Part shown: in pieces, positions 12,290-23,479 of the stretch
How positions within the stretch are numbered: the first letter of the stretch is position 1
Layout of the letters: every line of letters begins with the position of its first letter
Assembly: GCA_964016885.1 (NCBI GenBank)
Contig: OZ024740.1
Coordinates: 168,640,001-168,704,000, forward strand
Reading direction: 5' to 3'
DNA length: 64,000 nucleotides
Source of the DNA: Eledone cirrhosa
Lineage: Eukaryota
Notes under the pieces: generated by a model
Seen by the model: the letters and a program-made list of their open reading frames with translations, nothing else
What the model was told of the DNA's origin: nothing
Database searches by the model: none
Program-made: the position numbers and the translations under genes

Positions 12290-13080
12290 AGTCCTAAGTT
12301 CAAGCGGGGGTAACCACAGTTAGTAAGGTACTCAATACATTAGTAGAGTGTAAACATCGTTTAATATAGAAATGGCTTCTATGGGACTAGAACTGTTTCA
12401 TTCAGAAGAAATCATCAGGAAAGCCAACTGCCCTTGTAAAACTTGTCTTTATGTTTTCTGGTGGTTGGGGAAGGTGGTGACTTTCAGGATAGGTGGAGGT
12501 CATTGGCCAAGGGATTTTAAAGAACAGGGATTCTTTGAAAAACCTATTTTTAGATATATACATAATACAAGGACACCATCCCATTTGATGTTAGTATGGG
12601 AGCGAGCAGTTCTGCAGAAATAAGCGACCTTGTGGGCCTGTACAGTCTACAAAAAATAAAGAAACTCTTAACCAGAATTACCGGCAGACTGTACCCTGAC
12701 GACAGCCTCTTCACCCTGCACAAAGTGAACCCCAGAACCACCAATGGGTTTCAGAAGAACTTATATCCTTTCTTCTGCAATTTAGGGTTTAGAATTACAA
12801 TTGAATCTAACATTACTAGAGCCAACTTTGTAGATGTTTCTTTAGATGTTACTTCCCTCTACGACCCTTACCACAATTTTAACGAATCCATTAGACATTA
12901 ATGCCAACCACCCCAAAAACATCACAGAAAACCTAGTTAGAAGTGTTTCACTTAGAATCTCTAGTCTCTATGCCAGTGAAAACATCTTTAGAGCATCTGC
13001 CCCCTACTACAACAAAGCCCTATACTTAGACATCTCAACAAAAGGATAAAATATACAGATAAGATATCCCTTAGAGAAGC
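12290..13080 (+). mobile_element. Penelope-like element RT/thumb fragment preceded by an inverted terminal repeat carrying an HHR
   Basis: MGASSSAEISDLVGLY..GRLYPDDSL..ITIESNITRANFVDVSLD and ANHPKNI..RISSL..F...APYYNKAL are PLE-type RT motifs. HHR on the opposite strand at 12374-12425. Confidence 0.8.
12374..12425 (-). ncRNA. Type I hammerhead ribozyme motif
   Basis: ggctttc-CTGATGA-tttcttctgaat-GAA-Acagttctagtccca-TA-gaagcc. Stem I is ggctt(t)c/gaagcc. Stem III is mutated relative to sister copies. Confidence 0.65.
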
Positions 13081-13667
13081 AGTTTCACATATTAAATTTA
13101 TGCCAAAAAACTCTATTTTGGGGACAGACTAAAATAAGATAGTCTCACTCATATAAACGTCTCCCTACCATGGTTTCAAAAACAAAAGAAACAACATCAG
13201 CCATTTTAAATATTTGGTCTAACCAATATTGGAAGAATGTTTTTGTTATCAGAGGAGTATTCTTTGAAACAAGAGAAGATATTGATCATAAAGTATACAG
13301 AGCATTTCATTGCTGAAACCGTATGCTGTCCAACATATTGCTTTGTTGAACTACTAAATCAACAAATCTCTCTATATATATATTAGGACAATGTGATGGG
13401 CTTTAAGGAAGCTAGAAATAGCAGCCAAAAGTGGCTGGTATTGTTTCTTTTACTTTTGAAACAATGGTAGGGAGAAGTTTATATGAGTGGGACCATCTTA
13501 TTTTAGTCTGTCTGACTTATACTCCCCTAAATAGTTTTTGGCATAAGTTTTGTTTATATATATATATATATATACTCGAAGGTGTGCGTGCGCGTATTAT
13601 TAATGGATGCGATGAAAATGTACTCAATACCGAAGTAGAGTTTAAATATTCATCTTAGTGGTGAGCT

Positions 13668-13714
13668 TTGTTACTCTGGAGTTTCACCTGCACACTCATA
13701 GGCTCATCAGACTA
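13668..13714 (-). ncRNA. Type I hammerhead ribozyme motif
   Basis: gt-CTGATGA-gcct atgagtgtgc aggt-GAA-ACTC ca GAGT-A-ac. Stem I is short. The element abuts (TA)n at ~13555-13574. Confidence 0.7.
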
Positions 13715-13815
13715 GACTGTCTAAGTTTGATTTCCATAAATAGAAATGATATGAATATGGATTGTCTAAAATAGGAATAAATTCGGCATCTTTAGTGAGG
13801 GAATGTTAGTCTACT

Positions 13816-14026
13816 TTAACCTTTTAGCATTTAAACCGGTCGTATCTGGCCAGAATTCTCTCACCTCTTTCTGTTCAAACTGGTCACAACTGGCTGCTCA
13901 TACTTATTTTAAGGTATTGTTCTCAAAATAAATATCAAAATTTCAGAGATTCGATATTCTGTAAAATAGTGTTTACCATGAAAATAGAATAGTAACTATA
14001 GAGTAATGTAAATGTTAAAGGGTTAA
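13816..14026. mobile_element. TTAA MITE (piggyBac-type ends)
   Basis: TTAAccttttagcattta ... taaatgttaaagggTTAA terminal inverted repeats. Confidence 0.7.
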
Positions 14027-14340
14027 TGTCATAGTCAGTAATCAGTTTGAGCAATGATGAGCAATTCTAGAATAACTACTGTCAATTTAAGACAAATTAC
14101 AAAATGAGAACAATTTAAATTTAATTCATGTTACCTCTAAGTTAAAATGAATTACTTCCATATTTTATGGATAAATACAAATGGAATTATAATTATTGGC
14201 ATGAATAATCATTAAATACTCTGAATATATAAAAAAAAATCAACATAAAATTCCTTAATTGTACCTGAAGGTATTTAAAATGATTTATTTTACACAAATT
14301 TAATAACAAATGCTAATATCTATCAATGGGGGATTATCAG

Positions 14341-14520
14341 TTGGCAGTATCGGTAGAGGGTCGAACGCCATGCTTTGACGCATAGAGTTACGGCCCTTGC
14401 TATTCTGAGTTCAAATCCCGCCGAGGTTAACTTTGCCTTTCATCCTTACGGGGTCGATAAAATAAAGTACCAGTAATGCACTGGTAAATTGCTGGCCTTG
14501 TGCCAAAAGTAGAAAAAATT
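14341..14520 (+). mobile_element. tRNA-derived Meta-domain SINE
   Basis: B-box GAGTTCAAATCC and Meta-like gcctttcatccttacggggtcgataaaataaagtacc. TSD attatcagtt on both sides. Confidence 0.85.
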
Positions 14521-14746
14521 ATCAGTTTTGTCTATTATTGAAACATGAAAATTTTATATATAATTGTATATATTTTTACTGCTATAATAATTTTCTTATT
14601 GTTGAACAGCTTAAAAAATTGCATTTGTTTTTTGATTGACAATTATATTTATAAAGTGGTCATTCTCACGCCCATATATTTATTGCATACTGTTTTAATT
14701 TTGAATTAATATGCTTTTTTTTTATTTTCCCTTATTGTATCCCTAG

Positions 14747-14866
14747 GAAACGTTCTTCAGAATCCCTAAGGACAGCAAGTCTGGAGTCTCTGATTATGTC
14801 AAGTTGTGGAATGACCAAAGAAACTGTGAAAGATGAATGTTCTACCGATGACAGCAGAGATGAAAG
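14747..14866 (+). CDS. Internal coding exon of the host gene (120 bp, phase 2/2)
   Basis: Polypyrimidine tract and tag acceptor, GTAAAG donor. Open frame KRSSESLRTASLESLIMSSCGMTKETVKDECSTDDSRDE. Non-repetitive and in phase with exon 63078. Confidence 0.7.
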
Positions 14867-15504
14867 GTAAAGCTATTGGTCTTATCTTTTAGTATTGTGG
14901 GGAAGGAAACAAAAGCAGAAATTACATTGTAAAACTTCTTAAAATATGTTTGTCTCTTATCTCAAAACTAAGTGTTGCATGTTGACATAAATTGGAAATG
15001 TTGGGAATGTATATGGACTGTTGTTGGTATTTCCTTTTAAGTAGAATGTTTATGGAATTGTAAACATCTGACACCATCACAGAGTTTTTGCCTCCTTTAT
15101 TAAGTTCTTTGATTTGGTTATTATAGTTTGTCTTGTAACTTTACAGGCCATCACACAAGATATGATTGACGTGGTTGATGTTCAGCTTCAACATCTCTAG
15201 GTCAATATTTGCTGGAAAAGTGTAAGAGGTTTATCGTTCTGAATAGGAAGGCATCAGAGAATCATTTCAGTTGTTGTTTAACCCTGGTCACTTCTGATCC
15301 AGAAGACATTATAATTATTCCATCATCTTGTATATCATGTACTATATTGTTCGATGTCCTCCTTTCTTTATAATGGTAGAGTGGATTTTGGAGAAAACTT
15401 GGTTTATATTTCTAGCAGATGCAGCAATCACACAAGTTTTCTTACTGGTTCTGGAAAAAAGTGTTTTGTGAGGCTGACCCTTTGAATTATAGGCACAGTC
15501 CATC

Positions 15505-15661
15505 TGACGGGTTTTCATGCAGTTTCCATTTACCTAATTTCACTCACAAGGCATGGATTGACCTGAGGCTATGGTAAATGACACTTGCCCAAGATGCCAC
15601 ACTGGGATTGAACCCAGGATCTAATGATTGTAGAGTAAACTTCTTAACCATTCAGCCATGC
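15505..15661 (-). mobile_element. tRNA-derived SINE with CORE-like ttgggcaagtgtc motif (related copies ~17350-17450, ~45320-45475, ~46340-46468)
   Basis: Minus strand catggctgaatggttaagaag...gggttcaatccc (A and B boxes), followed by cttgggcaagtgtc. Confidence 0.7.
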
Positions 15662-15930
15662 TGATGTCTATGTTGCAGCAAAAGCACAATCCCCTTACAT
15701 GTTTGCAGCACATTGTTGTGGATCTTGAGATTTATCTAGTTTTATTTTCTTCATATTCTAGCTATTAGGCTATTCTACTGATACATATTTTATCATTAAC
15801 ACTGCTTAAATAGTAGTTATGTAGTTATGTGATAGCCAGTAAAATATCTAATTTTTCTCCTTTAGAAAATAAAATAACAGTAGGTTCTTGTATAAAATTG
15901 TGAGAGCAACTATGTTTAGATTTAAATAAT

Positions 15931-16118
15931 TGTTTCTACTTTTGGCACAAGGCCAGCAATTACCCAGTACATTACTGGTACTTTATTTTATCAACCTCGT
16001 AAGGATGAAAGGCAAAGTTAACCTTGGCGGGATTTTGAACTCAGAATGGCAAGGGCCGTAACTCTATGCGTCAAAGCCCGGCGTCCGACCCTCTACCGAT
16101 ACTGCCAATCCACCACCC
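15931..16118 (-). mobile_element. tRNA-derived Meta-domain SINE, full length, with 15-bp TSD
   Basis: Reverse complement of 14341-14520. TSD ttagatttaaataat at 15916-15930 and 16119-16133. Confidence 0.9.
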
Positions 16119-16362
16119 TTAGATTTAAATAATATACTTTAAAATGAACAGCTTTGTATCATAGAATCAAAGTATCGTTTTAAGTGAGTTGGTATCAAAA
16201 TGGTTAATTCTGTTGGCTTCATGAGCAGAAGAATTATGAATTATGACTTGTATCTTTCTTTAAGAATATTAGCATTAGTTCATGTGGAATGAATGTAGTT
16301 ATTACCAGGTATCAAAATGTAGTTGCACACATGATCCATAGGGAGCACTTTCCAAAACCAAT

Positions 16363-16577
16363 TTTAGCCCTCTTGATACCAACCCACCCAAAATTGAATT
16401 TGGTTCGATGAAACAAAAAAGCATCCACTTTAAAGGATTCCTACTTAAGTTAAAACCTTCCAACATATATTTTTACCTTTTGTTAATGAAATAATAATTT
16501 GAGCAAATCCTAAATTCATAATTAATTAACTCAAATATTGTGTATTTCAATTAGAAATATTGTAATGGAAGGGTTAA
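16363..16577. mobile_element. Degenerate TTAA MITE
   Basis: ttagccctcttgatacc ... gtaatggaagggttaa. Related to 5986-6316 in reverse orientation. Confidence 0.55.
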
Positions 16578-17619
16578 AAAATGAATAACAAACATATAAT
16601 CAAACTGTGTGGATGCTATTTAGAGTTTACAAAATTAAAAAGAAATATTTTCGGGGTAGTATTGAACGTAATTTTAGAGTTTAACCAAAAAATTGGTTGT
16701 GTAAAGTGTGTATGTAGTTCTGAAGAAAACAATTTTAGTTGTCTCACAAATTATGTGGCATTTATTTCTTTTCTTTTTTTAACATTGGTATGAAATGAAA
16801 TCAAGTGTGCAAAATCTATTTACTATCTAGAAGAAACAGACTGCTTTGCTCTCAATAATCCAACAGATTAGTTTACTAAATATGAACTGACTTTTGTTGC
16901 ATTTTTTATGTTTGTATAGTCAACAGAATAATGTTGATTTTTCACTGCCAAAAGAATCTATATTATTCATTTCCTTTCGAAGTTCTGCATGTTTTTTTGT
17001 GACTTTATCTGTGCTTTATATTTTGGATCTGCAAAATTAATTTCATACAATAGTTTGAAAATAACTTGAATCAGTTACATTTAGGTCAGAAAAAAAAATG
17101 ATAGAACATTAAAGAAACAAACAAAATAAAACCAAAAATAGTGACTCTTTTATTCTCTTTTACTTATTTACTAGTTTCAATCATTAGACTACAGCTATGC
17201 TGGGTGCTGTCTTGATTTAATTGATCATATTGCCCCCACTATTTACTTTTTAAAGACTGGTGCTTATTTTATCAATCTCTTCTTTATTGAACTGCTAGGT
17301 TACAGGAAATAAATGAATAGTAAATGTAGACATAGATACACACAAATATATATGCATAATGGGCTTCCACAGTTTCGATCTTGCAAAATTCATTCACAAG
17401 ATACTGGTAAATCCCGTGACTATAGTAGAAGACTCTTGCTAAAGGTGCCACACAAACATACCTGCACTAATCTAGAATTGTTAGCTGGGATGATAAATAA
17501 AAAGAAGTTCTTTGTATAAAAATTATAAAAATGGGGTTATTTTACTTCTCCTCCACAATTTCGTCTCTAATTGAACAAGTTAGTAAATAATATTGCTTTG
17601 CCATTTAATAAAAAGTAGC

Positions 17620-17950
17620 TGTCTCATCTTGGATGCCACAGTTAGTGATTCTTTTGCTCCTTCCCACAACTTGAGTGGTCACTGCATCCTGAGTGAATGG
17701 AATCAAATTCTAAAATACCATGGATTATTGGCAAACTATGTTTTTAGCCTGTGTTGTTTGAGACATTTGTGGAGCTGGGCTGCTGACAACGAGGCTCATG
17801 TTATTGTTGGAAGCTCACCTTACTGATATATCAAATGATGCTCATAAGGGTGCTGGGTTATTCCAAAGCCTTAGCCTTACTAGCATTCATAGCAATGCCA
17901 TGAATGGGCTGGCTTGCCTCAAAAGTTATTAGAAGGAAACTCCACAATCT
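17620..17950 (+). mobile_element. Decayed CRE-like RLE-domain fragment
   Basis: ILDATVSDSFAPSH...LKYHGLLANYVF..V.FET resembles the WDAT..DT.A.S / KY..L...Y.F.P...ET motifs. Ends at (TA)n. Confidence 0.5.
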
Positions 17951-18227
17951 TTATATATATATATATATACTTGGAGATAGTTTGTCACAACAATTACAAT
18001 GAATGGCAGGCCATCTCTGAATCAAGTCTATTCTCTATTTATGTTTGCCATAATCCTGTTATCAATTACCTAATCTTTGCAATCTACACCTGATGACATC
18101 ACCAAAGTCTTATGTCATGATCTGATAATATATCTATAATAATAGAAATATGTATTGTGATTTTGCAACATTAAAAGAATATTTTGAGTCCGATCTTGTG
18201 TTGCCTTTTAAATGAATATATATATAA

Positions 18228-20630
18228 ATAATAAAAGATCAATAATTTTCAAAAGCTGGTACAATGCGGTAGAAAAATACAAAGGCCATATGATGACAAA
18301 TAAAACAGAACAAAGTAATGTTTCACCCAGTGTCTTTCAGGACTATTACCCTCTTTTCCAATGTGAGGCTGAAAAAGTTCAAAACAAGATGAATAATTGA
18401 TGTGTTTTTCCTTAACTGGCCTACGTGTCTAAAATACACGTGTTAAATTGCCATAGCAACCAGTCTGTCTTGTGTATTTCCAATCTATTATTTATTTGTG
18501 GTCTTTCCCGGTTGATGATAATGACTTCTTTGATTCTATATTCTTTTCTGTCACCTCTATGGTGACCTCAATATCTTGACTGAGCATCTGTCAAGATGTT
18601 TTTTTAACAGAAAAATTCTCAGCATCATGTGCTCCTTGATCCAAGTGTGCAGCATCCAGATGGTACTTCCAATGTATAAGGTGCTACATTTTTATATGTG
18701 ATCTAATAGACCACATACATTCTCATGCACACTTCTCCATTGTTGATGGGACAATTAGGAAGTGTGCACATATCGCTCGAGAGTGCGCCAGCTGTATAAT
18801 CAATCCCTCCCTATAGCTTGTCTGATGGCAGCTGCTGTCTTCTCATTGAAGTCGCAGCTTTTGGTAGCATATGTTATCTCTAGGGGTGTGTGTCCTCCTT
18901 CTTCTTTTAAGTTTTGCTACCTTGGCATTTCGGTGTTTGGTGAGAGAAGTATAGTAGCCATTTTTGGTGAGAACTCACAGGAATTCCACCATGCTGGTAT
19001 GTTTGTCGCTACCCTCACTGCATCTGCTGCATATCTGGGAGATTTTGACTCTGTAGGGAAGGGCAGAATCATGATGCACAAACATCTCTGCAAATATCTT
19101 TCTTGTAAAATTTGGTGTACATGGATCCCTCCTCTGTGACTCTTAGTTTAAAGTTGTGTAGAGAGGGGGATCCTGTGGTGTCTGCATGTTCAACCTCAAA
19201 TTTCACATGTGCATCTACATTTTTGAAGATGTAAATCTTGATGGCTTCTTCATATGATGAAGTGAGCAAAAGGATATCATCCACATACCTGGGGAAGGAG
19301 GAGAAAAAGCAGCAGGTGGTGAGTGCTGTGTGCTTCAGCTAGTCATGTATATGATGGCCCACAGGCCTGAGAGACTTGACTGCATCGGATGTCCTGAAAT
19401 TTATTTGTTTACGAAACCATCAAACTGGAAAAATGTATTACACATGACGATAGAGAGCAGCTCATGGATGTCAGCAGCAGTGAACCCAAAGCAATTGAGG
19501 TCGGTAGCAGCAATGATGTTGTCTGCAATTAAGTCAATTGTTGGTAGGCAGAGGTATAGCGGGGAAACTATGTCTAAACTAAATTGGTATCTATTCTGTC
19601 TAAATGTGGTGGGGGTTAAGTTCTTTTAGTCTGTTAATTACTTCTTGTGATCTGTCTATGCGTCTGGGAAAAGTGTGAAGGGGAGGTTTGAAAAGTCTGG
19701 AGAAAGAACCATTTATGCCAAACAATGGGTCTAATTTTTAACATGGGCCTTGTTTTGTATGTTTTAATAAGATGGTAGATGGTGGGGAGCTTACTGTTTC
19801 TGGTGATGAAGTTGCATTTAATTCTACTGGGGAGACTTCTGCAGCTACACATATTAGCCCTGCTGGTTTTAATGGTAACCTCAAGCTAGATATGTTGCTA
19901 ACTTTACTATATAGAGTGGTTATGTTATGGTGTTCTAATGCTAGTTGTGTGTAAATGTTCTGTTCAATGATGCAGAATTCTCCCCCTTTGTCTGATGGGA
20001 GGTATATTAATGTTTTTGAATGTAGTTCCCTTAGAGGGGTGAGCTAGGACCTTAGAAAGATTGAGAGGGGGGTACTTCTCTAAGATCTTAGAGATGGCGT
20101 TCTTAAGTGTAGTTAGTTTAGCATTAAGTTCATGGTTGGTGGGGGTGCTTGGAGTGAATTGTCTGGGTGTAATATGGGGAGAGAGCCAAAGTTAGTGTTG
20201 ACAGAGGTAGCAGTAGTAGTAGAAGTGGTAGCAGTGGTGGTAATGGAATGGTAGTGTTGGTAACAGTTGCATTTGTTGTGGTAGTGGTGACAGCTGTAGT
20301 AGTAGCAGGCATGGATGTTATAGCTGTCACCCATTTCAACTGATATGCCATTCCGCAGGAGTTGGCTTCTGTGTGAAGCTTTATTTTCTCGATGTAGCTT
20401 TGAGCTATGATAAATATTGGTTCACAGCTTAGTAGTTCCAATTCCTAACATCTTAGGGAGCCAAATAACTTGGTTGCATGTAGTTTGTTTCTAGTTTCAT
20501 TGATAGTCCTATCATGGATTTTTAAATTTCGGTTTCGTTTATCATCATTTGCCTACTATTTTGTACCGTCTTTTGTAAATTATTGACCTTTTATTACATA
20601 TTTCATAATGCTTCATATTAACTCCACTAC
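18228..20630 (-). mobile_element. Near full-length decayed Penelope-like retroelement (RT and C-terminal GIY-YIG)
   Basis: Minus strand LPSDKGGEFC, PTIYHLIKTYK...IRPIV, RYVDDILL, FYKK, then CPINNGEVC..VVY.I...YIGST..LH..IKEH (GIY-YIG, ~18620-18755). Bounded by (TA)n on both sides. Confidence 0.88.
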
Positions 20631-20700
<70 letters not shown>

Positions 20701-22719
20701 AAATTACAGTCCCACTAGCCAACATATATCCCAATAAGTGCAACAATCCCTATATATGTAACAATCCCTATATATGCAAGGTATGACACAGCCATAGGAG
20801 GACCACACAGTAACACAGCACCACTATGAGTAAGGGTTGGCATGGTCAACTGGCCTAGCCTCTCTCATAATGGGAACACCGAGCTCCCAAATTATGGTTC
20901 TAATGTGAGCAGGGTATGATGCAGCCAACTGGCCAGACATCCCTCATAATGGGATCACCCATCTCTTAAATAATAGTTCCAATGTGAGCAAGGTATGGCA
21001 TGGCCCTCCTCATAATGGTGCCATCCAGTTCCACACTGTAAATGTGGTTGGTGTTAGGAAGGACATCCAGCTGTAAAAATCCCAGCTAAAATACAGTTCT
21101 GTCTCAGCACAGTACAATGCGGCCAGCTGGCCAGACTTGTCTCATGATGTGGGCGACTCATCTAATCCATGCAAGCATGGAAAAATATATGTTAAATGGT
21201 GATGATGATGACACACGTGCATACATTTTTAATCTTAATATCACAGTTTATCTTAATAGCATCTTCTAGGCCATAATTTCAGACATAATAATATTATATT
21301 CATAACTATTTATCTTTTATTAATACTTACAATTAATGATTGTAATTTTTAGCATACTTGCTATGCTGCCATCAAATTGTGTTAGACACTTAAACACCAA
21401 TTTCCTATAACATTTATTTTCTTTGGGGTTTATATGATACACAGCTGTTGTAAACTTGGTTTGTGATCATGATAATGTTTATATGGACTGTAGCACTTTT
21501 GTATGTTAATTTTGTTGGTAATGACCACTGACACTTCACACTTTCATTGACTTCATAATTCAACAAAAAAGAAATCTTTTTCACCCACAATGTCTGCTTT
21601 ACTTATGCAATGAGGGGAGACGTGAATAGAATTAAATGACATTATTCCCAAATATTCAGCACATGTAAATCTAAAGACTCAGATAGTACCTTTCTTTTAT
21701 CATATATTTATATGTAAAAATATTATTCATATTAGACTCCTTCAAAATTGCATCATCCTTAGCTGTATGTTGCTAGTGATGTATGTTCTCGTTCTTAGCA
21801 GATGTTCTTCCATGCTGCACTTGGAATTTGTTTCTGAATCAACTGTAGACATTTCTAATAACAGTGAATGATTCTCCAAAGCCAATGTTATACAACTTAC
21901 ATGAAAAACTTGTTTCACTTTGATGTTGCTATTATTGAAGATGTCAAACAACAGATCTATAGTTGGAAGTAAACACACACAGGAGTGTAAAAGGTCAATG
22001 AATTGTGTCTTGTTTCTGTTATATTGCATTGAGTGAGAAGAAAGAAATTTTATTGCTTTCATAGAGTGATGGTAGAGAAGATCACCTATTTTAATTAGAG
22101 TATTACATTTTGTGAATGAAAACAGATATAAGTATGTTTGCAATCCTTTTCCTGTCATAGGAAAGCATGTGAAAGCATATAAAACAACTTCCATCAGATT
22201 TGCTCATTATTGTTTTTCTGTGGCAGTAAATAGTGAAGTTTTATGAATAAAGTATTTACAATCTGTATTATAACTATATAGCCTTTTTCTCCATCTGTCA
22301 CAGAAACACAATGACCTGGTAAAATTTTCATTTAGACATTAAAATATCACAAATCTAAAATAAAGGCAGTGCAATAGGGGGCAATGTTGTAAATCACTCA
22401 TTCATATCAGAGTTCTTTGTTAATGGTCTTGTTTACCCGTTTCCTTCTCTCTCTGTCTGTTTCTCTCTATCCCCCCCCCTCTCTCTATATATATATATAA
22501 ATGGAATTTGTTGTCAACCATCCCTTACCATAATGGCTAACACACTCAGCCAGTATTCAAGTGATACAGAGTTCAATTCTCTAAAGCAGCCACTGATCAC
22601 TTTTTTCCATCCTTAAGTGCATTTTACCCAGTTTTCTAAAGCTATTATTTTAGCAATTGATTATTATTATAGTTATTTTCTGTGTTTGGATTCCCACATT
22701 TCAAATATATAGGTTTAAA

Positions 22720-23075
22720 TGTGCCCTAGACACGCCGTTTGATGGTGCCTCTACGACTCCACAAGGAGTTATGGGATCGTTATCATAGGCGGCAAATTGG
22801 CAGAGTCGTTAAGGTGTCGAATAGAATGCTGTACGGTATTCGTCCTACATCATTGTGTACTTTGAGTTCAAATCCCACCGGGGTCAAGTTTGTCTTTCAT
22901 CCTTTCAAGGTTGATAAAAATGTACCAGTCCAGTACTGGGATCGATTCTTCCTCTATAGAAAAAAAATCAGCTATGTTCAGACCTGGAGAGGGTTGGGCT
23001 CCGCCAAGTGTAAAAGTGCCCTAGACACACCGTTTGACAGTGCCTCTACGACTCCACTAGGAATTATGGGATCTT
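22720..23075 (+). mobile_element. Meta-domain SINE with an alternative 3' tail; the tail is also present upstream as a ~60-bp direct repeat
   Basis: SINE head and body at 22788-22945. gtgccctagacac.ccgtttga..gtgcctctacgactccac..gga.ttatgggatc at ~22721-22778 and ~23016-23073. Confidence 0.65.
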
Positions 23076-23229
23076 TCTGGTATATTAAGTGTTAACCTAA
23101 TATATACCTTCCATATACTGTACCGATTGTGTTGTTATTTCTGTTTACCTTTTACATACACACACACATATATATATATATATAGTGACGAAACATAAGT
23201 CAATTGTATGAACTCATAATCCTTTATTT

Positions 23230-23285
23230 ACTGCTATATATATTTCGATGATAGCCATTGAGTGGCTATGACCTCATCAGGCAGT
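23230..23285 (-). ncRNA. Type I hammerhead ribozyme
   Basis: actgc-CTGATGA-ggt c atagcca ctcaa tggctat c atc-GAA-ATATATAT-A-gcagt. Confidence 0.88.
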
Positions 23286-23479
23286 TAGTCAGTTCTTAGA
23301 TATGTTTATGGTGTTGATTGTATCAGAGCCTTGGGACATATGAGCTTGTTAGGAATAATTTAATGTTGTCAGCAGGAATAATCTTAATTCTCATTGGTCA
23401 GTTTGTAGATGCTAGTAGGGTTGGTATTTGACCTCAAAGAGGCAGGTGGTGTTGTAAAGTTCAAACCATCAGGCAAGAT

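Noticed and set aside
20113-20441. Thr/His-rich ORFs
   Set aside because: Low-complexity segment within the decayed PLE N-terminal region, not a separate gene.
21742-22194. 150-aa minus-strand ORF
   Set aside because: No motif I can assign and no clear splice signals. Possibly decayed transposon sequence.
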